A DNA stretch of 64,000 nucleotides from positions 67,518,001 through 67,582,000 of the forward strand of contig JAGIQG010000005.1 in NCBI GenBank assembly GCA_024679065.1, given 5' to 3'. How positions within the stretch are numbered: the first letter of the stretch is position 1; every line of letters begins with the position of its first letter. The notes beneath the pieces were generated by a model. It saw only the letters and a program-made list of their open reading frames with translations. It was not told where the DNA came from and did no database searches. This document shows, piece after piece, positions 24,219-35,663 of this stretch. A program made the translations under genes and the position numbers. The stretch comes from Sphyrna mokarran. Taxonomy: Eukaryota.

Positions 24219-24624
24219 ATGTGAATGGTTACCTGGGAACTGTGCAGTGTGGTGCCTCAGCAGTTAAAGTAAACTGAATCTTATGTAGCTAAGGTTGTCT
24301 GAGAAGTTGTGCATTGGAAAATAACGCACTTAAATTGAAGTCTTAACGTTCCAAACAGACATTTATTTATGTTAGCATTGGCTTGGCAAGCAAAAACCTT
24401 GAAGGACGTCATGATGCAAAAGAAAGATCCCAGTGTCAAAGGATCCATGGGAAAAACAGAATGAAGCACATTGAACTTGCACATTGCGCTAGAACTGCAT
24501 GATGAAATGTTAAGTATCAATCTTTATTGCTCAATAAACCCTATTTGCTTGCAATTTAAATGAATATTCATTTTTTTTTGCCAAAGTGACTACGCTTCAA
24601 CAAGAATTTTTCTACTATTAGTAG

Positions 24625-25005
24625 CTTGTCGTACAATGAGAGACTGAGTAGACTTGGCCTATGTTCCATGGAATTTAGAAGAATCAAAGATGATCTCATT
24701 AAAATATACTAAATTCTTAAGGGGCTTGACAAGAGGTTTGGAGTCTAGAAATAATGGTCACAATTTGAGAATAAGGGGTTGGGTATTTAGGACTGAGGCG
24801 GAGGAGAAATTTCTTCATTCAATTACTTGTGATTCTTTGTAAAAATTAGTTGTTGAGTATATTCAAAATTAAGATTGATAAATTTATTGAAATAAAGTGA
24901 ATAAGGGGATAGTTTGGGAAAATGCATTTGAGGTAACAAAAACTATCCACAATCTTATGGAATTGTGGAGCAGCCTTGAACAGCATACGTTCCTTAAGTC
25001 TGCCT
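24625..25005 (+). mobile_element. CR1-type LINE 3' fragment
   Basis: gagagactgagtagacttggcct..gaatttagaaga; KFLRGL..SRNNGHNLRIRG..FRTE. Confidence 0.8.
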
Positions 25006-25554
25006 TATTACAAGGAGACATGTTTTATCAAGCTAAACTATTTGAATCTGTTGATAAATTTCAGGTTTGTACATTGGAATAAAGCTGCTTAATAATTCAA
25101 AGCAAGCTTGCATCATCTACTGTAACTTGGGGTTATTTTCAGAAAGATTTAAAAACTACCGCTTGAAAAGACAAATCCTATGCAGATCACAAGAAGTGTA
25201 TAATTTTTGTACATCAGCTTGATTCTGTTGTATAACAAGATTAGGGAAAGTTCTAAAAAAACCTCAACATTCCGAGACCACTTGCAGCGCAATTAGTGCC
25301 TCTGAGCCCACGAAGGCTGACCCAGTTTTGTTAACATACGCTCAACAGCATTATGCAAAGTTAGGCTAGAGGATTTTGTTTTCAAGTAGAATAAACATCA
25401 AGCTAGCATTTTTCAGAGTTAAATATTACTGTGAATAGCAAGCTTGACTAGGCCCCAAAACATTAGTGCATCCTTGCATATGAGAAAGCTAGGTTTCAAG
25501 TTACACATTGTTTTATTGTATAGTTATTTATGAGTCTTGCGCATTTTTTTTTAC

Positions 25555-25739
25555 CTCATATTCCTCTTTGAAACCATAGCCTTCTGATGTTTTCATCAAG
25601 TTGATATGCTGCAATAAGTCTGCAACACGAATAGCAGGATGGAGTTGGCCAGTCTGGTATGGAGACTCCGTGGGGTCACAGTGATAACGGGGAACATCTA
25701 ATAACCGGCTTGACTCTGCTGATACTGTGTGGTTTTCAT
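25555..25739 (-). CDS. PTPRK: PTPRK juxtamembrane exon, 185 nt: (Y/D)[61 protein letters not shown]
   Basis: Acceptor cacctag|AT, donor GAG|gtaaaa. [12 protein letters not shown] and [13 protein letters not shown] fit the kappa paralog rather than mu/rho. Phase 1 to 0. Confidence 0.97.
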
Positions 25740-26666
25740 CTAGGTGGATAAAGAATGATTTATTAAATGCACAAATTGTCTGATGCACTGTAGGTAAATT
25801 ATATGCAGTTTTAGAGATGTTGACTTGTCTTGCAATTCAAAGAAACAAACTTGCAAAAAAAAGTTTGCAATGGAAGTGAGTGAAGTCTACCTACACATTT
25901 CTACTGGATAAGCATAATCCAAAGTTATAATACAAATTAATGCAGAATCCAATGTCCTAATCATAGCTATATAAATGTTTACAGAATCCTTGTGGTCAAT
26001 GCATATGCATACAAAATGCTTACATGAGTTCTATTCCCATAGGCTTTGTTCTGAAACATAAACTTTGTATGCAAGGTATTATAAGTTAGAATACATCTGC
26101 TCTTAGCTTCAGAATTAAACAAATAATTTGTTTGGAAATAAGCAGTATAATCTATTCAGCATGTTTCACTATTTATTTCTACTTTTGTTCAATCATATAT
26201 CTGGCATGCCTACAGGGAAATGCACAGAACCATTTAGAAAATATATAAAGGCGGCTTATATCCACTTAACATGAGATGTATCCAATATCATAATACTGGT
26301 AGAAATACAGTGTTGTAAATGCAAAATTTTCCTTCCTAAAATCTGTATCTGAATACTAATCTGAATGATTATTTAAACCAATCAGATCTTGTGCTTGCAT
26401 AGTTATTGGCTGACCACTCAAAAGAGGACACTGCAGTAATGGAATGCTCTATTCCAGGAAAAGGGAATTGATCTGAGATTGAAGGACATAGATCTGTTCA
26501 AATAGTGAGTGCATGTGATTTATCCTTGAATACTGACATATGTCAAAACAATCATAGGTTCATAAATCCTATCAAGAATTCATGCACAAATATATATTTC
26601 ACCATACTACATAGTTTCTACATATCCTACACTGCCCATTGTTGTTTTGCAAAATACACCACTCAC

Positions 26667-26678
26667 CTGCAATGGGCA
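26667..26678 (-). CDS. PTPRK: PTPRK alternative microexon, 12 nt: (V/L)PIA(D)
   Basis: tttttgctgctgttttcgacaaag|TGCCCATTGCAG|gtgagt. Phase 1 to 1, consensus donor, long U tract and UGC motifs upstream. Resembles the VPIx insert I recall at this position in R2B family isoforms. Confidence 0.82.
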
Positions 26679-29600
26679 CTTTGTCGAAAACAGCAGCAAA
26701 AAACAAAAAAAAAACATACATTCAGGTTCAGTGCAACTTTGAAGTATAGATATAAAACTTAATACAAATCATATTTTTATTGTCTGACTCATTTAAACCT
26801 TTTAATTTTAGGATTGAATCCGAACCAATTTAACAGGCTATATTTGTTCCATCCAGCAGTAATTTTGTAATGAAATAAAAACCAAATAGTAAACAAAACA
26901 ATGTCCTCCAAGAGCTAATGGATACAGTTACACTTCAACATAATGAAAGAGATTTGAGGACATGATGCTACAACAGATCAAACACTTTCTAATAGGATTG
27001 GGATCTTATCCTGGACTTGTGGCACTCTATTTTCTTTAAAATATAATTCTAGTTTTCAGTTTTTGCACTGTCTGCAACCAACAGAAAATGCACATTATGC
27101 AACCGTGAAGTTACAGCACTTGAAGACCAATGCATAGTGATATCAGTAAAAACTACCACTAATTTTGCCACATATTGACAATGCTTGTGAAATGCATGCA
27201 ACATCCACGTGATCATGCACATCATATGGAATTACAAAAATACCACGATCAAGTCTGGGTTGGTTTCACAAAAAAACAATTATTTTACATTATTCAAGCG
27301 AGGATTATCTGCACAGATGATTTTGGTGGTCTAGGTAAAGGACTGAATAACCATAAAAGAATCATAACTATGTAGGAGGTGGCCTTTTAGTCAATTTAGC
27401 CTATGCAGAGTATATTGAAGTCAATCATTGTTTTATTTATTCAAAACTTGGCCTTTATTGCTGACAATCAAATTATGATAATGCATTGTGCAGTTTGACA
27501 TAAAATTACTTATGTTCAGCAATTATAAAATATAGGGGAACTTTTCAGGAATTTTAGATTTATGGAGTGAAAAATTACATCAGAGAATAACTATGCCAAA
27601 AAGTAAAGAATGACTGCACCATTCTCTTCCCCTCAAAAAAAGTCCAGTAAAATAACTTGCAACATGTTGTATTTTATATATTTAAATCTCTTTTACAGCT
27701 TTAATGGAATTAGACATGTAAAATTAACATGTTCATGCAGCGACAAGTGCTCATCGTTATTATACAGATTTCCCACATGTGAGATGAGCCCAAATAATCA
27801 GTGACAATAGCTTTGCATATTTTTCTCTAGTTATTTATTTCAAGTGAACTTCATATGACAAGTACACACATAGTTCTGATTTTATACAACTGAACATTGC
27901 CATGTTCATACCTTCAGCTGAATTTCACTGGTCCCTGGATGGCAGGTCACAGTGGGTGCTGGTAAAATGCTAATGAGCCAAATTGGAATTGTTCTTTGGC
28001 ATAATCTTGCTGCTGAACTGTTTTCCTAATGACATGGCTGGGAGTGAAACAGTTGTCTGCCTCCAGTAACAGGACAGTTAATTCAATAACGAACGGTCTT
28101 GCAAGCAGCTGTTAGTAGTTCCCCACCACGTCGGGACACTTCCAGCTGCAAGGAATTATCTGCCCTAAGGGTTCCTGCTACCAAAGTTGGACGCTTTGTG
28201 GCTCAAGGGGAAATCCAATAGCAAAGACCATCCCCATGGTTCCAATGTCACCACCAGAATTCCCTTGCTTGGCCCAGGCAGAGAAAAAAAATCTTACTCT
28301 CCTGCAAGAACAACTCAAAATGTAAATATCCTCCCATTCTCCTTGCAGCTTTGCTTTACAATGAAACTATTTCATGCTTGTTGAGGTGGATCATAGATTA
28401 CAGCATTAACTACCTCTATAAAGTATAACGGCATTGTTTGCACAGTCACAATGATCCCTCTAATTTAGGCAAAGTTCTACTGTAGTACCACTATGGGAGT
28501 AATATAGTATAATCTAGCCCAAATTCTTTTAAGCTGAAGGTTTGGCTGCAATGCTTATCTATGGGAATTCCGCTTGCATTTTGTGAATTATAAATACTGA
28601 AGTTGCATTAAAGGCATCTGTAGATCATCTACAAATCGTTAATTTTGATTCCAAAATGTAATCCAGCAAATGTGCAAGGGACGATCAGTATTTTTTAGAA
28701 TCAGAAGTGGCAGCAGTTTGACCATTAATAAAAAACAATTACTCAAAACTAGATTTTGGCTTTTAGTTAAACTTGCTTTCATGTCTTTTCCCTCTGTGTG
28801 CACTGAGTTCAGCAGGTGACAGGAACCTCTAATACCTCACCCAAATCAACCTTTTATAAAAGCATCAACAAGCTACTCAAAGAGGGAAAAAAATCTTAAC
28901 TAAGCCCAATTCTGTCATCTTGTAGAAGTTCTGTTTATTAGCAGCAGAAACCATTGCTGCTAACAAATTTAAGGGCTCAGACAAAACAAGGCAACTTCTG
29001 TGCCCTTCTTAGCAAACTACAGTAAACTTAGTGTAAACTTTGGATTGAGGCCTTTGCTCAGATCCTGGCTGATTGAACCATCTGGTTCATTCATTATACA
29101 GTACAGAATTCAAACAAACTCATATCAGACATAAAGGATGGAAGAGGACTTCAAAGAACAAAAATCAGCTGGAACCATTTTCCTCATGAAATTTCTCAAT
29201 TGCAAGGCGATTTTAATCTCCTAATTGATTATATGTATAGATTAATTCTGAATTGCAGCCCTCATTCATTGACCTAAAAGGCAAAATCGAGTTGACAGAT
29301 GCAACATGGGAAATGCAAAATACACAATTTCAGCAGTATCAAGTTGGCAACTGAAAACAAATTGATGAAATACTGTTAAAGTTTGTATCTGAACATTAAA
29401 CTTGCCAAGAGAAACCTAAGCTGACTGTTGTATGGAATTTTAAATTCTTTCTCATTCATTCAAGTTTCATAAAATGTAAGGAGGATTATTATCATTTTCC
29501 ATGACCTACTAAATGCTCAATTTCCTGGTAAAGAACAAACAGAAAACATTGCTGTTGAATCCTTTTCCTTTTACATTTCCCAATGACACAGCATTGTCAG

Positions 29601-30084
29601 AATTGGAAACAACTTCTTCAGTGAACTGAAAAAAGATTTCAAGGCCTGTAGAACTTTTGATTACCTTCTTGGAGAAGCAGAGTAATATTGACTTTTGTAA
29701 GTTTTATCTTAAGTAAATATTCCATCTTCAGAACTCATCTTTTTGAGTGTGCATGTGTTTATGCATTAGAGAAAGAGTAAGGAATGGGTGTTCGTTGCAT
29801 ACATTTCCCGATGTTGAGCAAAATACATATCTATATTTTAAATTAAATTTGTAACAAATTCTGTTAAGTATCTGTTCTTTAAAGGCACAGCACAAATAAA
29901 AATATATTTTGTTGTGGTCAATCAAGAGATGGGACAAAGGAAAGGATTACCCCACTGTCTTTGGCCCATGGCCCCCAGACCAATTCCACCTCCCTCCCTG
30001 GTAAAATTTTTGAGCGTGAATCAGAGCATTTGCAATCTTAGTATTGCATTTTAGCCCAGAATGTGTTTTCAATCACATATCCAC

Positions 30085-30235
30085 ACCATGACTAAGATCA
30101 CCTACTTCCACCTCCACATTTTTTGACTCTGCCTCTGCCTTAAGTCACTCTGCTGCTGAAACCCTCATCCTTGCCTTAGCTTTTCCAGACTTAATTATTT
30201 CCCTGGCTGGATCCCCATCTTACAACCCCAATGTA
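30085..30235 (+). mobile_element. L2-type LINE fragment
   Basis: cctacttccacctc..tctgctgctgaaaccctcatcc..ccagactt (YFHL..SAAETLI..SRLDY-like). A probable L2 3' piece also lies at about 36860-37500 (minus). Confidence 0.6.
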
Positions 30236-30955
30236 TCGTAGCTCAATTGCAAAGAGAAACTGTATATCAATTCTACCAAGTCTACTTCCAACTCAAGGCT
30301 AGAGAGAGAATATCCAATAGAACGTTGGATATTCTTGCTTCAAGGAAACTGTTTGAGCTAATCCTTTCATTTTTGCACATGTTAGGACAGTGGCTGCATG
30401 ATCAACCATCTTGCAAAGTCTAAAATGGTACACAGAGATGATGTGGGTATTGGTGATTGAAAATTACAGCAACACTGAAATATAAAATCTAAGTTCAGCA
30501 GAGAAAAATATTGACTTCTATTTCTTCAATGTTACATCAAAACTTATGTTTTAAAACAAAAGCTTATGCCTTAAAAAAGACAAGAATTTTGTTTGAAATT
30601 TTAAACAACTGATAGGTAGATTATTTTCTCTCCCCAGTCAAATTCATATGTTGTATGCAGAATCAATTTTACATAGCTACATGGTTTCAAATGTTTGGCT
30701 AATTGCAACATCCAAAGTAAAAATGTTTCCAAAATTCTTTGCTCAATAGAAAATTATTTGTGATTTATATGTGTATTCATTAGTCTTTCTCGTTTCACTC
30801 TCTGCATCATGAAGCCATTATTTCGAATGAAAAAAGCAGAACACCTTCTCTACTCCATTAAACATACACACAGACACAACTTGTTTACATAGTCATTAAA
30901 CATGCAAAACACACAAAGTCATGCATCAGTTGAGGATATAGAGTTCAGTCCTCAC

Positions 30956-30991
30956 CTAATACAGCAGTCGGAACAAGTGGATCATTAGGCA
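30956..30991 (-). CDS. PTPRK: PTPRK alternative exon, 36 nt: (L)PNDPLVPTAVL(D/V)
   Basis: ttttcctacag|TGCCTAATGATCCACTTGTTCCGACTGCTGTATTAG|gtgagg. Phase 1 to 1. Matches the LPNDPLVPTAVL insert I recall from PTPkappa isoforms. Confidence 0.93.
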   Translation of the reverse strand, partial: CLMIHLFRLLY

Positions 30992-32869
30992 CTGTAGGAA
31001 AACATATCTCATGAAGCAAACAGATTGGCATCAATTATTTTCTTAGGTAGAAGTGACATATTATTTTAAACTGCTGAAATTTAGTACAAAGAGAATTACA
31101 GGTCAATTATTTCAGGCTTTAGCATTAACTTATGAGAAAAACCATCCTTATAGCTCCTTGCATCCAAAGATCAAATTCATAAGTGCTTTCTATGAATATG
31201 CTGTTTGTATTAAAAAGCATAGCATAAAGAAAAATGTAGTGTTTTAATGGGATTCAGACAGATGGTCAATTATCTGGATGATTTAGAAACTAGACAGGTA
31301 TTCATTACCAAACAGATTAGCTAAGGAATTATTAAGGCTGCAATAGCATAATTGACTTTTGGTTCCAGCTTTGTTTTTTTAATTGCTTGATAGAACTGAC
31401 AAAAAAGACAAAACTCCATTTAAGTTAATGTATTCCACATTTTTTTAAATAGGATGCCACTAGAATCTCAGTTATATTTTTATTTATAAATGTTGTCCTG
31501 TAGAGTACTGGTAATTGATTTGTAAAACCATCTAATCTTTTAAAGAGATCAGATCACACCACAATAAATCTTCTGTTCAATAATAGGAAACTGAGAGACT
31601 TTTGTCTACTTTTGCTACTACTAACTATATTTTGATTATCTATAATTACGGAAATAGCCAAGCATACTTATTGAACAGCTAGAGATAGGAGTATGAGAAA
31701 ATGGACAGTATAGCTCAGTTGTTCCAGGATAAAGTTAGAAACTCAACTACCTGCAGCTATTTACACCACCTAACCATGGGATACAAAACATCAGGAATGG
31801 ATATCATTGACAAAAGCAGGCAAGTAAATTAGTGCATGCTAGTCAAATGGCAAAATGCTAAAATGCTGAGATTCAGTTTCTTGATCTATTTTAAGATGTA
31901 GGGAAGACTGAGTGATGCACTAAGATAATAATGTCCATAGCTGAAGAAAGAAGCAACAAATCACCTCAATCATTAAAATGCACTTTTGTTGAAAACAAAA
32001 ATGGAAGAAGGTTAATTCTCCAGACATATTTCACACTTAATTATTTCACAGAAATGAACTATGATAGAGTCTGTAATTGAATTGCAGAAGGCCATGCGTT
32101 AGAGCATGGTTAGAGCACTGAACTTGTTTCAGCGATTCTCTCACATTTTCACCATTGAACAGCAAGTTAGATAAATATTAGCAAAGAAATCAAGTATAAA
32201 TTATGGATAGCACATTTCTGCTTCAAAAATTTGAAAACAAAATCATTTAAAATTGCAAAATATAACTTATTTCCCAGCACTCAATTTTTTTGTCCTTTTC
32301 TCCAAAGGCATGAACTATTGTGAAGTTATCAACAATTTTCCAGAACTGTAACCCTTCTAATGTGAACCTTCACAGTAGGTATCATCAACAATGGAGGACA
32401 TCTTGGTCAAACCTGATCCTATTTGCACCTGACACTGAGACAAGCACACTTTCTGGCAGCCAGAAAAGTATCAGCAGTATGCACCTTGTGGATTTTTCTC
32501 TCCTAATTCAAGTTCATTGAGCAAAGTGTCTCTTCTCAACTTCTAGCTTAGCCAAGATTAACAACTTAATGTGGATCTGGGATTTATAAACAAACTGGTG
32601 AGTGCAGGCAGTAGCATAAGAGCTCAGTTTTGGTGATTTTTTTTTTGAAAACTTGCTTTATCAGTGACTGTTGACAATTACATTCCTAGCTTGGACGAGT
32701 ATGAAAGATTTAAATTAATAATATAAAGTTTTGATTCAGCTGCACAATTTAAACTTTGTATACATCAATGCAATTCTGACTGAAGCGACTTCAAATTAAA
32801 TCAGTCTATCAAGGCAGTTATCAGCACGTAGATAGCTGCAATTGTACAAGAATTTCACATACATGAGTT

Positions 32870-33670
32870 ATTTCTTTGAAATGTGACCATCATTGCTATA
32901 AAAATAACATGACCATCAGTTTGCACACAGCAGGATTCTATATATGTTTTGAATTCTACTTGGGATTTCTAATATTTACTTTGAGTACTTCAACTAGATA
33001 TCTAATCATCAGGATATTCTCCAGAAGTACAGCATCCTTTCGGTACTGAGGTGAAAGGTAAACCTAGATCATGTGCTCAAGTTGCAGATTAGGGTTTGAT
33101 CGAAAATGGGGATATTTTGATATAGTTGTACAGACATTGCTGTGCACAGTCTAGGTCACATTTAAGAAAGGACATAATTGCACTGGGAGCAGTTAGGAGA
33201 AGGCTCACTTGACTGTTTCCTAGGGTGAGAAGGTTGTCTTATGCGGAAAGATTGGACAGATTAGGCCTGTATCCCTTCAAGTTTAGAAGAACGGAGGATT
33301 GATCTTATTGGAACGTACAAGATCCTGAGGGGACTTGACAGGGCAGAAGCTGAAAGGATATTTCCCCTTATGGAACGGATGAGAACTTGGGGTACCGTTT
33401 GAAAATAAGGGATTCCCTATTTAAGATAAAGATGAAGGTCCTAAGTCTGTGGAACTCGCTTGCGTAGAGACAGATTCTTAATTGACAACAGAGTCAAAGG
33501 ATATAAGGGATAGGAAGAAAGGGGGTATTGAGGTCACAAATGGATCAGCTAAGATCTTATCAAATGGCGGAGCAGGCTCAAGGGGCTGAATGGGCTATTT
33601 CTGTTTCTAATTTGTATGTTTGTCAGCTTGTGAATTAGAGGTGCGCACTGCCAGTTGGATGCTGACACTT
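32870..33670 (-). mobile_element. Deu-domain SINE (SacSINE1-like) split by a CR1 insertion
   Basis: cagcatcctttcggtactg..cctagatcatgtgctcaagt (33030-33085) resumes at 33625-33668 after the CR1. Parallels the copy at 40200. Confidence 0.55.
33100..33622 (+). mobile_element. CR1-type LINE 3' fragment
   Basis: GLSYAERLDRLGLYPFKFRR, YKILRGLDR, and the tail ggagcaggctcaaggggctgaatgg..tttgtatgtttgt. Confidence 0.85.
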
Positions 33671-33849
33671 ACCACCCCCTCCCTGCCACCAGATCAATTG
33701 AGAATAGATTGGGAGTGGTGGAGAGTTAAAAATTTACAAATTTGAAATATGCCCCAACTTGCTGCCAATCTGTCTGTCACTGTTTTCACAACACAGTCAT
33801 TTTTACTGCCATATCGATGTCCTGCTTATGAAGGAGGAGCTTGAGCTTG

Positions 33850-34875
33850 CTCTGCCACTTAAGATCATTTCTGATAGGGACCTCAAGTCTGTATTTTGCC
33901 TACCCACAATAACCTATTACCCCTTGCTTACCAAGAATCCATCCACCTCTGTTTTACAAATATTCAAACACACTGCTGCTGAGGCCTTTTCAGGAAGAGA
34001 ATTCCAAAGATTCATGGCCCTCAGTAAAAAACATTTAATTCATCTCTGTTTTAAATGGATGACCCTTTAGTTTTAGATTCTCCCAAAAGAGGAAACAATC
34101 TCTCCACATCCACAATATCAAGACACCATTCAATTTGCTTCTTACTTTTCTAAATTCCAACAGGTTCAAGGCTAGTCTGTCCAACCATTCCTTATCAGAT
34201 AATCCTCCCATTCCAGGTATTAATCTGGTAAAACATCTCTGGATTGCTTTGAACATACTTACATCCTCCTTTAAATAAGGAGACCAATACTGTACAACTA
34301 ATCCAGATATGACTTCTCTAGTGCTCTCTACAGCTGATGCATAGCCTTTTATTTTTAATTCAAATAAGACCATAAGATGTAAGAGCAGAAATAGACATTT
34401 GATTCATTGAATCTGTTTTGCCACTTAATGAGATTATTAGTGATCTGATATAACTTTCATTTTCACTTTCTCAGCTTATTTCCATAACCCTTGATTTTTT
34501 GAATGATTAAAAATCTATCTATTCCCCTCGTTACAACTGATAGCATTCTATTAACTTTCCTAATTACTTGTACTACCTGCATCCAAGCTTTTAGAATTCA
34601 TGCACAAGGATATCCAGATCCCTTTGCATCTCAGAACTCTGCAATCTTTCACAATTTAGATAATATGCTTCTTTTTATTCAAAATGGATAATTACACATT
34701 TTTCAAGAATATACTCCATTTTCCAGATCCTCGCCCATGTAGTTAAACTATCTATATCTTTTTGTAGCCTTCATATGTCCTGTTCAAAATTTACTTTATT
34801 TTCTATCTTTGTATCATTATTAAATTTGGCAACCATCCCAACATATCCCTTCATCCAAGTAACCTATATAAATTG
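33850..34875 (-). mobile_element. CR1-type LINE 3' fragments
   Basis: Minus ORF VQYWSPYLKEDV..IQRCFTRLIPGMGGLSDKEWLDRL..LEFRK. A second CR1 tail is nested at about 34370-34500. Confidence 0.85.
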
Positions 34876-35538
34876 AGTGATAGGTTTTTAAACCTGAGTC
34901 CCCTTTAGCAGTTAAAAGCTGTATTCAAATTTATTTTTATTTTATCCATTCATGGGATATGGGCATACTGGCTAGGCCAGCATTTGTTGGTCATCCCTAA
35001 TTGCCCTTGAGAAGGTGGTGGTGCGTTGCCTTCTTGAACTGCTACAGTCCATGTGATAATAGGTACGCCCACCATGTTACTGGGGAAGGGGTTCCAGGAT
35101 TTTGATTCAGTTGATGGTGAAGGAAAAGCAAAACAATTTCTGAAGCGGGGAGTGGCTTGGGGAGGAACTTCCAGGTGCTGGTGTTTTGCTACCACCACAA
35201 TCTTTTCCAGACCCCCTTTAAACCACTTATCTTTCCCAGTTTCCACAAACAATCCTGACATGTCCTTGACTGTGGCCTTCTAATGCAGTTTTCCCCACTC
35301 CAGCCACTGGCCAACCTCTTCAACTTTCACAGTATGGCAATGCATCAGCAGTGCCATTGATCTTTAAAACCATATGAAAACAAATTGGTAATGTACAAGG
35401 AGGCCTGAGAATGGACTATATATTGGTAACTTGATCTATTGGAAGGTATTAAACATTGGGTAGGATGATCATGATAATTTTAGGAATTTCACAGGTTGAT
35501 TCAGAAACTTACAACAGAACAACTGAAGTGGATACTCT

Positions 35539-35663
35539 GGGCTGGATTCTCCAGCCACATGCATGCCATCTTAGAAAATCCCATCCAAGGTCAATGGACC
35601 TTTGCATAGGACCGTGGCCACCCGCTACAATTCCTGTGGCAGGTGGGCAGTAAAATTTCCCCC
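35539..35663. mobile_element. Short TIR-bounded MITE-like element, opposite orientation to the 567 and 10150 copies
   Basis: Ends gggctggattct / aaaatttccccc. Internal ggtcaatggac is the reverse complement of the family ccattgac core. Confidence 0.5.
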
